From: Raillietiella orientalis
Lineage: Eukaryota
DNA: 64,000 nt
Assembly: GCA_036172245.1 (NCBI GenBank)
Contig: JAYWIR010000024.1
Coordinates: 496,001 to 560,000, forward strand
Direction: 5' to 3'
Shown here: positions 1 to 11,145 of the stretch, piece by piece
Numbering within the stretch: the first letter of the stretch is position 1
Layout of the letters: every line of letters begins with the position of its first letter
Notes under the pieces: generated by a model
Told to the model about the DNA's origin: nothing
Seen by the model: the letters and a program-made list of their open reading frames with translations, nothing else
Database searches by the model: none
Made by a program: the position numbers and the translations under genes

Positions 1-229
1 GCACGAAATCGAGAAATCACGAGATACGGAATCGGCTTTCCGATTTGCAGCTACCGGACCTAACCATGATGAATGCTTCGTTCCCATCTAGATGCAAATG
101 ACGTCAGTGCACTGCCAACCGGAAAGATCCATTTACTTCTGGACAAAGGGATGATTCTTTTTATAATCTGAAAGGATTTCCTGGGCTGACAGAAAGAGAG
201 GCTTCAAAGATGTGACACCTCTTAGCTTC

Positions 230-2050
230 ACTTTGGAGACGAAAAGAAACAACACCATTCGAACTTCGAACTGCGGACGCATCCTGGAGCACAACCTTGG
301 GCAAACTCTTGAGACAATCGAAGCCAGGAAGACCTCCGCACGCTCGACGGGAGTGCGGATACCAACAGCATGAGTGCAGTCATCCGGAAGGATCGACTTG
401 CAATAAAAGAAACAGCCGTAACGGAAAACAACGTAACGGAGATCCCAAAATTAAGCCCTAGGTACCTGGGCCTCTCCTGCAAGCAAACCCTCCAAACGTT
501 TGGAAGCATTGCACTGGTGCCACCACATGATTTCCGACGAAGATTGAAACTTGTCATTGTCACATAAGATGGCCAAGAGTTGCTGGATTGTTGTTGCTTC
601 ATTGAAAACCAGCTTCCAACTTCCAATTCTAATTAAGTTCGAGAAGCGAAGAAGAAAAGAAGAGATGGATGGAGGAACGTGGAACCACTCCATCGGAGGA
701 ACGAATGCGTTGATGATGACGAAACATCTAGAATGGATTGTGGGTGCACGGAGACGCAGCGCGGCCTCTAACGAAAGACCCAGCAGACACCAAGGCGGCA
801 AAGGCGCAGAAAGATGTATGATCTGTCGCTGAGAACGACTCGCCAACACACAAAGCACCTGAAGATTACGGGTAGCACCCAGATGCTGTTGAGGATTACT
901 GCCGATGACAAATCCAGCATTTGAGGACGTATGGGGACGAAAGGACATCCCAATGAGAACCTATCAGTAAAGCCAGCAACAAATGGGAATCAAAGGGCGA
1001 TGGAACCGCTGCCAGATGAAATCCAAACGAGGTGAGCTAGTCCGCAGCCAGCCCATGCAAAGTACGGTAAAACCGCACCACTGACACGCAAGCTATGCAT
1101 GGAGGCCACGAAGAGATTCACAACGAAAGGAGGGAGCAGCTAACCAGCGCAGGGAGCTCTCGAGACCCACAGTCCACAGCTTTATGCAAATCGTTCTGGA
1201 GCATCGGGACAACGCATTGGGTGCGACACAGCAACGGACCCCCGTTTTTTCCGCGCCTGCATCGACTACCGGCGTGGTCCACGTATCTCGCCGAATCGGA
1301 AAAGCGAAGGAACATCTGCCGAAACCGAGAAAATAAAGAGGCATTTTACGCTCCACGTGGCCGTTTCCAGCAGGCCAACGGAGGAAAAAGCAAAAGTGAA
1401 ACGTGTCTGACACTTCCTGGTTCGATGCGAACGCAAACGTCTGCGTGGCAAACCTCAGGAGGCGCGAACTGAAGCATGGCTCATAACAACTTACCTTTTT
1501 TGTTCAAGTCGGCTGTAGCATAAGTAGACCTCAGTTTCGGGGTGGTGGTAATAGGTGAAACCGCTGACCTCAGAAAAGGACGAAAATTCGAATGGCATGC
1601 TGCTGCATGCATGCAATAAGAACCTGAAACAACGGATTCCTGCAATAACAATCAGTCAGATCATGTGTGTCGGTGCAAAGTGGAAACAAGCAAACCGGAG
1701 GATCCCCATGCTGACCGATACAGCCGCTCTGCGCACGCATGCTCCTGACTCCAGGAGCCCTTCCAAACACTTGGGCTTCCTGCATGTGAACAACAGTTGT
1801 CCAGCGAAAAACAGGACAACTGATCGCATTTCTACACTGGATAAATACAAAAAGCCGGACAGGGTCAAGACGCTACGATTAAGATGGCCTTAGGGCAAAG
1901 TTGAGAAAGGATGAAATGTGTTCCAAGATACGTGTGTTATCGCGGGCCGGATCGCGGGCAAAAACAGCAAAATCACGTAACAGTAGAGGTTGGTTATTAC
2001 CTTCACTTCGGTGATATGAACGCAGAGCAGACGCAGTCTTGACAGAACAT
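230..2050 (-). mobile_element. Heavily decayed non-LTR retrotransposon (L1/Tx1-like) ORF2 relic
   Basis: Minus strand shows degenerate motifs in the expected order: SRLD-like endonuclease motif (~1870), LGCPFVP resembling QGCPLSP (~953-935), and PRYLGL resembling KYLG (~470-452). Many frameshifts and stops; boundaries approximate. Confidence 0.5.
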
Positions 2051-2476
2051 CCACAAGGTGTCTGTCTCTCTTATGGACGCTCTGTCAAGTTCTGCGCAAT
2101 GCTAAACATAACAGCAAAACAATGGAGGATCAAAGGGGCAAATGAACACGTCTTCCAAATAGAATACTCTCCTTGAAGATGAACCATGCAAGAATCCTCC
2201 TTACATAACAAAGTGCACTGGTCACCTCTGAGAGGTAAAAGAAAAAAAAAAAAAAAAAAAAATGCTCCATCCATTTTTGTTCACATGCGCGAAATGGGAA
2301 CTCTGAGGTCGATTGCACTCTTAACGTGGCGATTCGAAGGACTTCGCATTGGCCGAGGCTCGCAACACGTGGTTCACAACACGCACACGAAGCACCACAT
2401 GTCAACGCAACAGGGCTTATCCAAAGCAACGGAGGCACCCTGGGAAACGGGAAGCAAGCGCCGCGCGAGGTTCGTA

Positions 2477-2533
2477 CTCACAAGGGAGTGAGGTCCGCTT
2501 TTGCTCGAAAGGCAGACCTCACTCCCTTGTGAG
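2477..2533. repeat. Inverted repeat/hairpin with perfect 19-bp outer stem
   Basis: CTCACAAGGGAGTGAGGTC (2477-2495) is the exact reverse complement of GACCTCACTCCCTTGTGAG (2515-2533); the inner part pairs imperfectly. Confidence 0.9.
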
Positions 2534-3649
2534 AAGCAAGGAAAAGGAACGGTGCGCCGGTACTTGGCACTGGAAAACGGTTCGCCCGTCGGTTGTGCCA
2601 CTTCAAACTGGCCTTCGCGCGCTGAGCCACACGGAAAGTTCCGGGAGAACTGGCTCGTGCGTCCACTCTTCACGAACCAAGAAATACCGGCACACAAAAC
2701 AAATGTCATTTCTTCTTTTGCAGACTTTATTCGAACACGAAGACAACCGCAAAAGATTTTCCTAGAAAGAAGGCAAGCTCTGCCAGAGATGTAAGTCTTG
2801 TTACCAGTGCAGCAAGCCGGAAAACATGGTACAGATGTTTGAGCTCGCGTTTCATTTGCTAGCAGTAACAAAACGTTTCGTGTCACTGCACCTCGAAAAA
2901 ATGCAGCGAGCACAAGTCGATACGAAAAAAAAAAAAAAACGACATTACGGTACAACATGCAAATACTCCGCTTGAAAATTTAGCGCACGCCAATCTATGG
3001 GAATGGTCGTTGGTCCTTCCGGAAGTTTTCGAAACGTTACTGGCTTGTTGGTAAGAGACTCCGATGATTCCAAAATGTCCGGACTTTTGCATCAAACGTT
3101 TCGGTTTATTCCGGTGAGGAGACAATAAAATCGCTCAAAATACGAAACAAACTTTAGTTCAGAGTTTTCAGCTTCTACGGCCTTTAAAGACGACGTTTAT
3201 CATGACTGAGCGAAACAGATCGATGACTGAGTTGACTGCATCAATACTTCAAGACATCAGCCATCAATGAAGGAATCAAACAAGCGGCTCAAGACAGTAA
3301 AAAATAAGAAGCGATCACTAATACATATCCAAGTCCCCTGTAAAAGTTCGAATGCCTCATTTGCTGGAAGTAGTTAACATCGTATAGAGCCGAATTGCTC
3401 TTTTAGCCAGATGTGACTGCAATGAATTATTGGTGATAATTCTGCGAAGGCGAAAGATCTAGAAATAATTCCACTCTAAATTAATTACAAATGCTACGTT
3501 AAGCTACGTCAACAACTACGTTAATGTATCATTTGACACTAACAAAGAACAAGAATGCCATCTACTCTTTAGGGTTTTTTTGTGTGTGTGTGAGCAGTAA
3601 TAGAAACGATACAGACGACATAGATCTACATAGACTTAGAACTATTCGT

Positions 3650-6600
3650 GCAGTGCACCAAATTGGTCAATTCTTCATCCTCAGAAATAGATGAAGGGAC
3701 CATCTTTTTAGAACTGGACAGCATCAGCCACTTCCTTATTCGAAATCAGAGCATTCCAAATTCGAAGTTTTGCACCCAACTGGATCTTCCAGCCTCTCAA
3801 GCCACTTATAAATCAAGTATTCTTTTCCCTCCCTCCCCCTTTCCTCCCACATAAAACACTTTAAATGAATCACTTGTGCTTTGAATCTTATCGGAATGAC
3901 AAAGAAAAGGATGTATCGGCATCAAAGCTGCAATAGTTCATCTGGATTCTTGAAACGGGTAAATTTTTCTTTTCTTGTAGCACCTGTAGCTCATATGACC
4001 ACTGGCTCCCTCAAGTGAGCTGCAGTTTACGCATCAGCACCGTCATACGAATCTCTGCAGCCACAGAAAACGCATATCAATACTGAACATGTTCTGTCTC
4101 CTCTTAAAGATAACGCGAGGACCCAGGGAGATGGAAGCTTCGAGATCCGCCCGCGAACATGAAAATTTTTCAAAGCATTCTTCTTAGGCGCTTAGTGAAA
4201 CTTAAGACGAGAGCAATCTTCACTTTAATAACATGCAAATATGAAATGCCTTGAGACATCAGTAAGCTGGGCCCTCCTCATAAGGAAAACATCAGAGATA
4301 ATACATGCAGTCCAGGATGCATTGTAAACAAGGAAATCGTCCACAATGCAGTCTTTCGAAGGCTCGGTCTTCCTCGTACCAATGTTTTTCAGCCCCCTGT
4401 GTAAATAGGCGGACCTTAACGGGTGCACACAAGCCATTTTCGAGCGATAAGACATCACGCAGCGTGCACACTGTATAAGTCTGCATACCCCCAGTCCTCT
4501 CCTCAACGCACCCACAGGCAGCAGACGAGTTTTGCTCAGGCACGCTTAGAAAGAGACGGCTAGGGATTGGGACCCGCCGCGAAGCCCAGATGCCCGTCAA
4601 GGGACACACCAGCACTGCCACACTTTTTAGTGCTAAACGTCGGAGCAGAAGCACAGAAGCATCAGCGACGAGCATTCGGAACATCATGAAGTATTCCTGG
4701 CGGTGGTACCCAAAATACGAGAAAATGCACGTTTAGGCGAGGGCTTCTGGCAAACGGAATGTAAACCATTAGCAGGGGTCCAAAGTTATCGAAGGTCGGT
4801 ATACACAATCCTCATGAAGAGGACATACACAAGAGCTTACCTGTCGACCACAAGAACACCTATCAACATTCGTCTCTGAGGATATGAGCATCGAGAAATT
4901 CATCAAATCGACTGTTTGTATAGAAAAAAAAAAAAAAAAACATGATCAGCGAGGAAGAATAACAGAACTAACGCAAAACGTTGTCTCGAACCGTGCGAAC
5001 GCACTTCAGATGAGAACCGGCAATATCTTGAGAACGCTGCTCCTTGCTTTTGCTGACCGAAACGACTCGCTTTCACGACCAGAGGTCTATCAAGGGGTCT
5101 ATCTACATCTATTTATCCATGTATTCAAATGGTCATCTTGCCTTTGCTCAAGACAAATTGACACCCTGCTTTTGTTTCTTCCCCAACTGTTTTCCTTGCG
5201 TAGACCGGACATTTCCGCTTCCCCTTTTCCTGAAGTCCACCTCTTGTCTACCACCTCCAAGAAACGAGTCCGAATCAAAGAGTTTCTCACGAGAAACTTC
5301 CGAATGACACGTCAGCGACGATACCGTTGCAACGGGAACGCCCAAATAATCTTTCCGAGCAACAAACGATTTTAAAGATTGGTTGCCAGAAAATGCTCGC
5401 ATGACCGTAGCCCATCCCTATACTCGGGACGGTTCCGGCATTCGAAGAAAACGCATGTCTTGAGGCTCTTGAGGTCCGCATTCTTGATGGCAGTTTCTGG
5501 AAGGTAGGTGAGCACGTCTTGAGATTTGCTAACGAAATCAAAGCTGCTGCTGTTTTGATCAGCACCGCAAAAGTGGCTGCATTGTAAGGCTACCATAAGC
5601 CTGCATCAGAACCTTTGTTCCTGGCGGATCCTGCTTGAAGATTCATCCCACTCCTTACTGCTTCAAAACTAAGCGTGAGTACGATTACCATCAATGAAAG
5701 TTACAACTGCACGAACGATAGGGAAGCGGGGAAAGGGGGGGAGGGGGAAAGTAGGGAATCATCTTGTTTTACTCTGCCCACTTCCCCTCCCCCCTTAGCC
5801 CAAGTCTGCACCTGAATGTTTACACCATACTTGCCACCATCCTTTCAAGCCAAGCATTCGGAGTGCACGAACGATGAAATTAGTACTTAGCGCGTGTCAT
5901 CCCTCTAAAGGTACACTGACCTCTTAGACCATGTTGTCTTTTCACAATCCCAGAATCTTTCGGATTACCCAGAACCACTCTGCAAGCAGACGCTGCGCTT
6001 TGATTCCACGTCGGAATACCGAGATTTTACCGGGGTTGGCGTTGGCTTCCAGCAATCATCGATGCTTCCCATTAGTTCGCACCGCTCCGCATCTGTGTTT
6101 CCCTGCTTAACCTCTGGACGAAAGAACACTTGTTCGACAAGTTCCTGAACTCTCGGTCCAGCAGTTGTAATCCCTGATAAAGGCCAATAAACGTGGTTCG
6201 GAAATGAGTGATTCGTGGCGGATCCGATGTTCTCGTCATCCCGCTCTATATGCGGGAGGAGGAAGATCGTGTCTCCTCAGTTCCCGTTTTGCTTAGCAAT
6301 CCATGCCTGCAATCAGCAGCCACAAGAATATGCTTTACCCGCCAGCGGCATGCAGTTTGACAGTTTAATGTCTAAGCGCTCTTGGTGGAAAGTTGTGGGG
6401 AAAAAAAGATCTGGAGTTTCTTCAGAAGAAACTCCTCCGCTCAAAAGTTAAGCTTGGTACTGATGACTCCGAGACTAGCGAAGAGCAGGAATTTTCAGAG
6501 CGGGCTAATTAAGAATTAAATGCATTCTCCGCTTCCATAAATGGATTGAAATGAATGCAATGATCGTTCGAATGCCCCGAAAGCCGGGATTGCGTGCACC

Positions 6601-8600
6601 TCAGGGTCCTTTCACGATGGTGGTTCAGAATCGGGAGCGAGATATTTAATCAGAAAAAAGCTACTCCTACTCTCGATGTAGCCTTTTCTTGAGGAAACCA
6701 AGAATAGGAACATGCACAGAAACATCAGGCACGATTGAGACAACGGAGCATGTATCTGAATGCTCATCAAAGCTCTAAATGATCTGATCTTTCAACATCC
6801 AACGTTGGTTACGAACTGCCGCAGTTTCAAAATGCTCCAATACCACCCGCAGCATTTCGACATTTTTGAAAATGCATAGGGATTGTCTTCGGAAACCCCT
6901 AGAAAGGGGATATATGAAACCTATACTCCACGGCGGTACGAGGTCTTTCCAACGAAACGTGTGCTTTGGCTGCAATGCCCGAGAATTCAAATTTCGAAAC
7001 GGTCTGATTCAAGACAGAAATTGAAGTCCGTCCAGACTTCCCTCACCTCAATTTCGAAGCCGCTTCTTACTCAAGCCCCACAAGTGTGCCTTTCCGTTTT
7101 CCAGAAGAGTGAGAACAAAGGATGCTAGACGACACCACTAAGAAATGGCCGTCCTGGAAATCTATCAAATTCGCATAAACTGAATTGGCATTTAGCGATT
7201 GAGTGTTCAACCCATTCTTCGAATGATTCCTGATCCAGGAATCCTTCCTGATCTTCCAGACGCACTATAGTAACTAGGCTGCATCCCAAAGCGTGCCGAT
7301 CTGCATGTGTTTCCTTTTAAAACTCACATTCTAGAATGAACCTTTCCAGCCTGGATTCTATATTATAACATGCCTTCCTCCATCCACGAAGTTAATCATA
7401 AGTCAAACCAGAGCTCTGAAAGCTGAAGCTCCGAGAACCGGGGAACAAAAGACATCGAACAATCCACCACTACGAAAATTCATTTTCGTGAAAAATTTGC
7501 TACGGTGACAACAACCAACGGAAAACTCTTTGAATTCAACACCAACACCTCTAGAGACCAAAGTTCTGGACGTATAAAATTCATTTCTCATACATCTTTA
7601 TCACACGCTTCTGATCCTATTCATCAATCCCATTCATCTATCTGTGATATATGCGAGAATTCCGTCGACTGCCGCAATCCCACCATTTAAACAGTTCCTC
7701 GAGAACACTTAATCAATACTTTAGAGACCACTTCTGCAGCTGTTTTGTTTATGCTCAACATGAGACCACAGGCAAAATGCATTTCCTTCTTGTTAGGTAT
7801 GTGACGTAAACAAGAAACCTTGCATCGCTTGATTGGTAAATCTTCGGATTAGGCATATACGACAGAAAACATCTTCCTCGGCTGAAGACATTAAAGAGCT
7901 AAGATCCTCAGCAGTGTGGCGTACTCCTGCACACTTGCATCAGAGAAACAGAAGATCTCGCTTTCCGTACACGTTGATCAAATGAAAACCAACATTAGAA
8001 AACACTCGGAAAAAGTTAGGTCTTTGGTAGTCTTGTTTTGCGGCTATTCATATGAGGCGTAACGATTAATTTTGGCCGTTTATTCACCGCTGATAATAGC
8101 GACTCCTCGCAACACTTCACTAATGCTTTTCCCTGAAAATATTAGAAGCTTATTTACAGATAGATTACGTTTGGTCCTTATACGCTTGTTTAATCTGCAA
8201 GGTTTAAGGTACTGATCCGACAATAAATCCACATGGAGGATGCCATGTTGGGGATGAATGTCTTGCTCAGTTAATAAAACCGAATCCCAAAGCCCACTTA
8301 TGACTTCGTATCGACTTCGTTCTGAATAAGAGGTCCCATAACTTTGTCAATGGAAATCCGTGATGTACACACATCAGCATCGACCGATTTACCTGTTGCC
8401 AATGCTGACTTTCATGTGAAAATGGTGGCTTGTCCGGAGGCTTGCCTCAAAAAAATGATTTTCCCGCCCAATATCGCGCCATCTTCTTCGGAATTGGCAG
8501 CAACAGCTCCGGGAGCAACAAGCAAACGTTTTTCTTCTTATATCAAATACTCGAGCGCGTTGGAGAGGCAATTACCACTTCAAACGCCTCACACCCCGGC
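3650..8600 (-). mobile_element. Near full-length but decayed L1-clade (Tx1-like) non-LTR retrotransposon
   Basis: Collinear minus-strand motifs: degenerate ORF1 zinc knuckle CFS..CKCAGVRHTAED (~7950-7903); endonuclease-like IGFIYP (~6920) and YSWFPQEKATSRVG (~6705-6665); RT-like ADQNSSSFDFV (~5563-5531) and DYLGVP (~5351-5334); ERGLGV (~4500); intact C-terminal CCHC knuckle CVNCSSLEGASGHMSYRC (4033-3980). Boundaries approximate. Confidence 0.7.
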
Positions 8601-10277
8601 ACTTCACTCATGACGCTGCTTACTACGGAGAGCCACGTGCAGACGTGCAGGAGGCATCTGCCGTCCAAAATTTCAACTAGTTGGCATTTTTTTTTTTTTT
8701 TTTTGGAGTGTGGTATGAGTTCACCCATCGAGGAGACCACAGCCCCAAGGTGGCCACATTCGAATCTTTCAAGGTTCGTCAGTGGTCCACGTTCCAAATT
8801 TGGAAAATCACTCCACCGCATTACCATTTTACTTGGAAGTTTGTTCCTTTTTTGCCTTTGTAATCAGCTGCAAAGCATCCACATCATGCATTCTAGGGTT
8901 CCATCACTGCATATGTCGGTTTCAAGCCTTTGCCGAAATTTTGGACGGGCTACATAGCCTCAGGAAGCACCTTTGCTGTTACTTCATGGAAACGAAGATA
9001 GTGATGATCAATTTCGGGAACGAAAACGAATATTAACGGTTTAAATGATCAATTAAAGAGCTGATCATGCTTTTGAAAGATTTCACAAATCGAAGTTCAA
9101 AATGCAAAAAGCAGTCCTGAAAAAAGGCATGACAACGCACACAAAACGAGTATTACAGGCAAATTTACAATCCATTCAAAGCAATCAAGCAGACTTTGGT
9201 TTTCAATAGCAAAAGGATTGAGACAACACTCATTGCCAGTTATGTTGGGAAAAATCAATATAAATCACAGATTGGTACCAAGCCAGTCCTGTTTCTTAAT
9301 ACCCGTGATAAGAAGAGTACATGGATGTGATGCCCACAGGGCAGATTCCAATAGGCGCTGCAGCCAGCAGTTGAAGATGTTTGCAGGGTTGTAGTAATGA
9401 GGTATATGTTTAAAATTTCAATTGCTTGGTTTACTATCTCCTACATGCGAATACCTCATACAAAAGTAAAGTGTTGACATTTCGGTGGAATGGGTTCCAT
9501 CAAAAATTTTAATAAGATTATTCGGATAATAAAAATTCAGGGGCGTTTGGACACCAGGTAAATGTTTCAATATGGATGTTATCATGACCAGGTCATCAAA
9601 CAATGGTCATCACCCCACTGGGAATGACATAAGCAAGAGAAAATCCAATATTTGTATGATATATAGCGAAAAAGTTGTTCATGTGCACATGAACAGTAGC
9701 AAACTGCTCTGCCCTATGCAAAGCTTTCTTCAGTTTCACAGGCGGGACGGTTCCCTGATCCACTGGACGTGCGCACTTACGTATGTGTACACGCACGGGT
9801 ACAGTTTCCATACCATGTACACGGTGACTGCCGCTTTCGTGAAAACTACCGTTTTTCTTTTTCCGTGAATGCGAAAATTCATTTCATTTCTGCGCTTTCC
9901 TTGCTGGACGGGGGAGAAACCGCCACATGCGCTTTTTACATGACTAATAAATCGGGCAACATTACGACGACTTTCAAATAAAGGCTTATCACAACTGCAA
10001 TAAACACATGCGAATACGTGCACGAAAAGAAATTTTGCGTGTACGACACGAATGACCCACAGTGCACACACTCGAATGAAATCCCGTGCAACGGAATTTC
10101 GGCACCCTCTCCCTCCCCCCCCCCCCGCGCGCGCGTTACCCTTAGAGATGCACTGAAACTTACCGGTGTTGAGTAATCTAGAGCCGAAACGAAACTGTTT
10201 TTTGGCTGGCTGCAGGAATGAATGGCAAAAACTCATTCTTTTTTTTTTTTTTCCTTTTTTCCCCCTTCCTTCCTTTC

Positions 10278-10285
10278 TTCCCACG
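10278..10285 (-). promoter_or_regulatory. CSL/Su(H) high-affinity consensus CGTGGGAA overlapping an E-box (CACGTG), upstream of mastermind
   Basis: TTCCCACG on + strand ~870 nt upstream of the mam ATG; CACGTG at 10282-10287. A single 8-mer; function untested. Confidence 0.3.
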
Positions 10286-10845
10286 TGGAGGGACCGAGCT
10301 TCCTTTTCTTTTCTCTCTTTTTTTTTTTGGTGTTCCCCCGGAACGGCTAACGACAGACAGCAGGCACACAGCACGCACCTCCGCGAGAGCAGCAGCACGC
10401 GGCACCACGCAGCCTTCGCCGTTCCCCGTTCGTTCCCGGCCGCGTTACTAGATGTCACTGGAGCGGGCCGTTTCGTTTGTTTTCTTTTAACAAACGAGTC
10501 AATCGTGAAACGCATATGCTGTGGCAGGTTGCCGCGTAGCCATGGCTCCGATGGAACGCTCCTCGTGTGGTGCGTACCGAAATACAAGGCTGCTGCCGTC
10601 GTCAATCTGAAGTGAAGCCGGACGTCATTGTGCTATGCCGAGTGCCCGTCCGTACGTTCGTGCGAGGAGCAGATCGTATTAGCCTCGCTGCTTACAAACG
10701 GTTATGTGGTTCACGTGAAGGAACAAGTTCGGGATATCCACGTCGTCGTCGTCGTATATGCGTTGAAAAGTTGGTCGGTCGGAAGAGAGAGCGGGAGAGA
10801 GGAAGAGGAAAAAAAAAAAGAACCGACAGCGTTGTGTGACCCCCA

Positions 10846-10907
10846 GTGTTGTTGTTGTTGCCATCCTCCGTGTTGTTGTTGTTGTTGTCGTTGTCGTTGT
10901 TGTTGTT
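10846..10907. repeat. Interrupted (GTT)n/(GTC)n microsatellite in the putative mam 5' region
   Basis: Directly visible trinucleotide runs. Confidence 0.9.
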
Positions 10908-11145
10908 ACGGATGCGGTTTGCATTTGCGGACTGCACGTATTTACTTATACACCCCTATAAGTAAATTCGACCCGTTGTTCGGGAAAAGACACACGTCCA
11001 GCAGAGCAGCAACTCCCAAGGTGTTTCGGTCGGGCTGGTTTCAAAAATCTTCGAGCTGGCTAGCTTAAGAAATGACCACTACTGCGGATTGCGCGAATCC
11101 GTTGGCAACGAGAGTGTCACGCATAATGCAGCCGAGTGCACCTCG

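Noticed and set aside
9736..11068. Long ORFs 9736-10605 (-, 289 aa) and 10628-11068 (+, poly-Cys)
   Set aside because: They read through homopolymers and (GTT)n microsatellites in the mam upstream region and have no recognisable domain.
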